Assembly (NCBI RefSeq): GCF_001194135.2
Contig: NC_068982.1
Location: 184,722,777 to 184,759,378, forward strand
Direction: 5' to 3'
Source of the DNA: Octopus bimaculoides
Lineage: Eukaryota
DNA length: 36,602 nucleotides
This document shows positions 33,801-36,602 of this stretch, piece by piece. The notes beneath the pieces were generated by a model that had not been told where the DNA came from, searched no databases, and worked only from the letters and a program-made list of their open reading frames with translations. Numbering within the stretch: position 1 is the stretch's first letter; each line of letters opens with the position of its first letter. The translations under genes and the position numbers were made by a program.

Positions 33801-34623
33801 CAGTAACAGCAGAGTCATCACTTCTACCTTTATTGTAACAAAAAAATTACTTCTCTGAACTAGTAATTTCTGCATGTTTTTTGTCCTTTTGCATATCTTA
33901 CCTCACTTTATAATCTTTTCAGCATCTTTCTGCCAATGAAACACTACAACCAGTCATCTCTCCCTTCTCCTGTAGCTCTCAAGGTTACTCACTTTACATA
34001 CCTCTTTCCTACTGGCTCCAACCAGCAAAGTTTCAAACTGAACATAAATGACATCACCCTTTCCGTTGTGCGTCCGTCTCCTTAGATTAAGTAGCACAGT
34101 ATAGAATGTAACATATTCTTGCATTAAAGTAAGGGATAAACCAAATCTATGTTGTTTTTATGAAACAATAATTAAGTTAGTGTTATATTAAATGTAACAG
34201 ATCTAATTAGAAAGGCTTATGTGGTGAAGAAAAAAAATAGCAACATTAGCTCAAGTATTCATGTCTTAATCATTTCTGGAACATGGATGAGAACTCCAGA
34301 CAAGTTTCTGTCATATTAAATCTTCTCAGTGAAACATAGTCTTCCCTGTTGCCCCTGAATACATTTCATATGTTAACACTCATGAAACTATTGTTACATT
34401 TGACCTATTATTTTGTCTGCTGGATCAATACTGTTCTGGAACGAAGCAACAACAATCTTACGTAGTTTATTTTTCCCTTCTAGAAGTGACCGTGAATAGT
34501 GATGACTTTAACACAATACAGGTACAGTATAATATCAGTTACAGTAATGGACACTAAAATGTTGTTATTACGTTTGTAAATTTGTTTTGCAAGATTCTTG
34601 ACATGAAATCGTGTGTTGAAACA

Positions 34624-34822
34624 GATATTGTTATATTTCGGGATAGTCATTTTTTTTCTTGCCAAATAAACACACACACTATATTTTTGCTCTTCACTCT
34701 TTTATTATTGTTCTTATTTTTCTTATGTCCATTGTCTGGAGATGGAAGAATCGCTGAAGAAGTCACTGCTGTGTTTATTTGGTAAGAGAGAAAGTACGGC
34801 CGTCCACAAATATAACAATATT
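34624..34822. mobile_element. Two inverted partial copies of the H2 Penelope-like terminus
   Basis: 34624-34743 (minus) begins at ATCTC|cagacaatgg. 34752-34822 (plus) starts cgCTGAAGAagtcac and jumps to gtgtttatttgg...aaatataacaatat. Confidence 0.65.
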
Positions 34823-35094
34823 GTTGTTATTGTTATTTTTATTATTTAAGCCCCAAATCAATGCTGATCATAGTGCTTTGGTTATGAACAACCCTTCTTT
34901 TTGTATATCTGGGTCTACAATTCTAATATTTTAACAATGTCATAATTCCACATTAAAAAATTTTTTTTTTTTTTTTTACGGGAGAAGATTCGGTTAAAAA
35001 CGTTTATTTGATTAATGTTCTTCTGATACCCTACTGGGACGAAAGACAATATTGATTCTAATGTGGTTCGAACTCAGAACCAGAAAATAATTTC

Positions 35095-35470
35095 TCATCC
35101 TCCACCAGATACTAATAATCTACAAAGGTCAAGTGAGACTCACAATGGAATACTGCCTCCTCATATGGGTCGGTGTTGATACTACACACTAACATACCCT
35201 AGACCTGATCCCTATAAATTGAAGACTCGACTGATTTGCGTGAAGTCGCTCACTCACAAACATCAAAAACTAGTCAACAGACATGCTAGATCCTCTTTGT
35301 CTTTTCTACAGCTACAATAAACTAACGGACTCTAATTCTCGGAGCTTGGGCACCATCACACAAACCCTCAGCCCACCTTCTTTCGTTATCAATATTGTAT
35401 TCACCCCAGATTTAGCACTAGCCACTACACTGTCATTCCTTCCCAGATCGTAATCTCCCTGAAAACGTCT
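35095..35470 (+). mobile_element. Decayed CR1/Jockey-like LINE post-RT region
   Basis: ILIIYKGQVRLTMEYCLLIWVG..HTLDLI (cf. LxxIYKAQVRPxMEYCSHIW..LDRIQ). Confidence 0.7.
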
Positions 35471-35739
35471 CATTCACCATTTATATGAAAGCTATAGACA
35501 CAACTCTTCCTACAAACCAATTCATAGAAACTTATGTAAATGAATGTAACTAAATAGCACAAGGAATAGACAAAACTTAGTGCAATTTTTTTTTGGAGGG
35601 GGGGGAGAGTTTTCATGTCTGCCTTCTGCATCAAGAACATATACGTAAGCACTGGTCTCCATAACTTAAGTATGGGATCAGTAACGCAATAAGCCTTCGG
35701 TGAATATTACTAACCTCAAGGCTGCATCCTTTGTTAATT

Positions 35740-36108
35740 CTGCCGAACACGATTTTGCATTTCATCCTTTCGGAATTGGAAAAACAAACACCAGCTAAGC
35801 ACTGAGGTCGATGTAATTGACTTCCCCATCCCCACAAACTTCATGGTCTTGTGCCAAAATTTGAAACCAATATTAAATATTTGTATAAAACGGTGAGCAA
35901 GCAGGGTCGTTAGCATGCCGAGGATAATGCTTTGCAGCATTTCGTCCGTCTTTACGTTCTCAGTTCAAATTCTGTAGAAGTCGACTTTGCCTTTCATCCT
36001 TTCGGGTTCGATAAAGTATGTTACCAGTCTAGCACTGGGGTTGATGTAATCGATTTAACCTCCTCCCCGAAATTGCTGGCCTGGTGCCAAAATTTAAGAC
36101 CAATATTA
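35740..36108 (+). mobile_element. Tandem family B SINEs (decayed 35740-35875; fuller 35891-36108)
   Basis: Both contain ttt(t)gc(a/c)tttcatcctttcgg and end (c/g)ttgtgccaaaattt..accaatatt. The second has head ggtgagcaagcagggtcgttagc and agttcaaattc. Confidence 0.85.
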
Positions 36109-36425
36109 CTTACTTTGCTATGTTTTTATATAAATTATTTATCAGAATAAATGTTCTTTGATATTTGAAAGAAAGCCGTTCTCTTTCCTTCTCTCTGTTC
36201 CTCCTCTCTCTTTCTAGCTGTATATAGGAATTAAATGTAAGCTACCATAAGTTTCACGTTCTGATTGTATAATAGTAAGACGAGGTTGTATAGCGTAGCG
36301 TGTACTATCCCGAAATCTTTCAGGTTCGAAAGGTAATTAAATCCTGTGTATATTAAATGATACTTATCTTTCGCTGGTGGATGGAGTACTTTTTTGTCGA
36401 TCCTTCCAGTAACAGAATAGTATAT

Positions 36426-36427
<2 letters not shown>

Positions 36428-36472
<45 letters not shown>

Positions 36473-36559
36473 AAATGCTAACACAAACACAGACATATGT
36501 AAGGAGGCAGAGATAGATAGATAGATAGAATAGATAGATAGAATAGATAGATAGATAGA

Positions 36560-36600
<41 letters not shown>
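36428..36600. repeat. (TG)n then (GATA)n with GAATA variants
   Basis: Read directly. Confidence 0.97.
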
Positions 36601-36601
<1 letters not shown>

Positions 36602-36602
36602 T

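Noticed and set aside
33471-33875. Thr/Ile-rich mucin-like ORF and Val-rich antisense ORF
   Set aside because: This is a degenerate triplet-repeat region open on both strands; it is compositional, with no signal peptide or domain.

Overview
AT-rich eukaryotic, non-genic-looking DNA from a draft short-read scaffold with 12 N-gaps. It is saturated with microsatellites and retroelement debris. The SINE families and repeat landscape match what I recall of Octopus (coleoid cephalopod) genomes; this is an inference, not a search result. I find no confidently identifiable host gene. Supported content: (i) at least four tRNA-derived SINE families (about 20 full or partial copies), including nested and TSD-bounded insertions; (ii) dead LINE fragments of the RTE, R4/Dong and CR1/Jockey-like clades; (iii) a mariner-derived MITE and several inverted-repeat or foldback elements; (iv) Penelope-like terminal fragments carrying minimal type-I hammerhead ribozyme motifs. 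The most interesting signals are a complete hammerhead core at 16764-16820, a second hammerhead family (12045-12089, 30862-30906, 34624-34822) whose three-copy consensus gives a palindromic stem III, RTE-type LINE ends encoding 2-3 tandem C2H2 zinc fingers, and two unrelated elements (9.0-9.5 kb and 29.0-29.6 kb) sharing an unusual 'arm ... short direct copy + inverted arm' architecture. Most ORFs in the supplied track are microsatellite or N-run artefacts.
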